Assembly (NCBI GenBank): GCA_965237955.1
Contig: OZ250169.1
Span: 480,001 to 544,000 of the forward strand
From: Candidatus Marinacidobacterales bacterium
GTDB lineage: Bacteria > Acidobacteriota > Vicinamibacteria > Marinacidobacterales > SMYC01
Length of the DNA stretch: 64,000 bases
Direction: 5' to 3'
Notes under the pieces: generated by a model
Databases searched by the model: none
Told to the model about the DNA's origin: nothing
What the model saw: the letters and a program-made list of their open reading frames with translations, nothing else
Part shown: one piece after another, positions 62,701 through 64,000 of the stretch
Position numbering within the stretch: position 1 is the stretch's first letter
How the letters are laid out: every line of letters starts with the position of its first letter
Made by a program: the position numbers and the translations under genes

Positions 62701-62952
62701 TCAGATATCCTTGACCGCATCCGCACCGAAAGTCAGGACGAGTCCGAGAAGGGGCGCTGGTTCGAGCAGTTGTTCATGCGCATTGCGCTTCAACAACCTT
62801 GAATTTGAGCTCAACGGGATCTGGCGCCGGCCCGACTGGCCCGAGCGTGAGGTGTTGACTGGCCGAGACACTGGAATAGACTTCGTCGCACGGTGGACCA
62901 CAGGCGAGCGGGTCGCCATCCAGTGCAAGTGCTACGAGGATCGCTGTACTCT
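62701..62952 (+). pseudogene. Type ISP R-M N-terminal (Mrr-like nuclease) remnant
   Basis: ILDRIR...EKGRWFEQL / IW..DW...DTGIDFVA...AIQCKCY; frameshifted and cut both sides. Confidence 0.7.
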
Positions 62953-63814
62953 TTCGTGGATGAGGTATCGCTTGCCAAGGAGGAAACCATCCCACATGTC
63001 AGTGAGGTTTCTTGCCACCTGCTTCATCCACTCCCCGTTGGGGTCCGACGTTATCCCACCGATGCACACGCAGCGAGTGGCGATATCGATGACAAACAGG
63101 ACATGGTAGCGGACGAGCCCGAACGGGTTCACAACCTCGACGGTGAACAGGTCTGTCGCAGCGATGGCGCCCCAATGAGCCTTGATGAAGGTGCTCCACG
63201 ACATGCTCCTGCCCCGCTCCGGCGCAGGAGCGATACCGTGCTCGGCGAGGATCCTCTTGATAGTGTTGCGTCCGAGTTCATGTCCTAGGTTCTTGAGTGC
63301 GCCTCGCAGGCGCGTATATCCCCACGTCGGGTTCTCCCGCGCCACGCGCACAATGAGCTCACGGATGTCCTTCGCCGTCGGAGGCCGGCCTGGGCTCCGG
63401 TTCTTGCTGCCATCGTACTTGGCTGCGATGAGGTGGCGGCACCAGCGCAGAAGCGTAGCGGGTGTGGCAACGGACGCAATCTGGGCCAGCGCCTCGCGGC
63501 CCAAAGCCTGGGCCTTGACCGCGAGCCTGCGCCGGTCGTCGTCCGAGAGCCTGAGACGCTTGCCCCGAAGCCCGGCTCGGAGCACACGGTTCTCCTCTTG
63601 CTGGTAGTCGATCACATCCTGCTGCTGGCGGTTGACCCAGCCAGCTAGAACGAGCAGTAGGAATTGCACGTGGTACGTCATCATGGACCTGAAGATAACA
63701 CCCTCGGGCCAGACGATTGTAAAGCCTACGGCCCTTGGCCCCGGCGCAAACACAGACACTAAGCTGCTGATTTATGGCCTATTTCAAAAGGGCCGAGTTT
63801 TGGCACAGGACGGG
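62953..63814 (-). mobile_element. Family-A element copy 2, transposase 3'-truncated (CDS from 63684)
   Basis: Highly similar to ~632-1492; breaks after IH of IHDRD. Confidence 0.9.
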
Positions 63815-63865
63815 TTCCGACCTGTGTTTCGGGGTTTCCAGCCGAGACCGGATAGCACCAGACTG

Positions 63866-63935
63866 CCCGTCGTGTCCGAAAATACGAACGGAGCCCGAAA
63901 GCTCGAATCCTAGAGGCGTTCTCGAAATTCGCAGA
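63866..63935 (+). repeat. Family-B-like element end
   Basis: Collinear with 45770-45840. Confidence 0.75.
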
Positions 63936-64000
63936 GACCAGCCGACGTGGCACTGGCTCTGTGATAGGCGCTCCCGAGCAGACCTCTCATTCTGGCTCCC

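Overview
A GC-rich bacterial accessory region: a heavily rearranged anti-phage defence island saturated with insertion sequences. Apparently intact defence modules are a GmrSD-like DUF262/DUF1524 nuclease, a type III R-M pair (res-mod), a type I-G CRISPR-Cas locus (WYL, cas3, csx17, csb1, csb2, cas4-cas1, cas2, 62-repeat array), a DUF4365 two-gene module, an HNH nuclease and a type I R-M operon. Between them lie fragments of other defence genes (CD-NTase, GIY-YIG, DISARM DrmC, TIR, type ISP, AbiEii, a second Res) and small phage-gene remnants. Many breakpoints coincide with one family of rve-integrase element ends (CC-CGT...ACG-GG, 17 copies counted by eye). The most interesting signals are: (1) HsdR fused to a Schlafen/AlbA_2 domain with an apparently intact catalytic set; (2) a 693-aa EcsC / unknown / Brig1-like DNA-glycosylase fusion; (3) an IS110 whose non-coding left end contains exact copies of both of its own insertion junctions (bridge-RNA guides), inserted in the terminal repeat of an IS256; (4) the network of non-canonical transposon ends that appears to cut and assemble the island. 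All family assignments are by motif recognition without database searches, and remnant boundaries are approximate.
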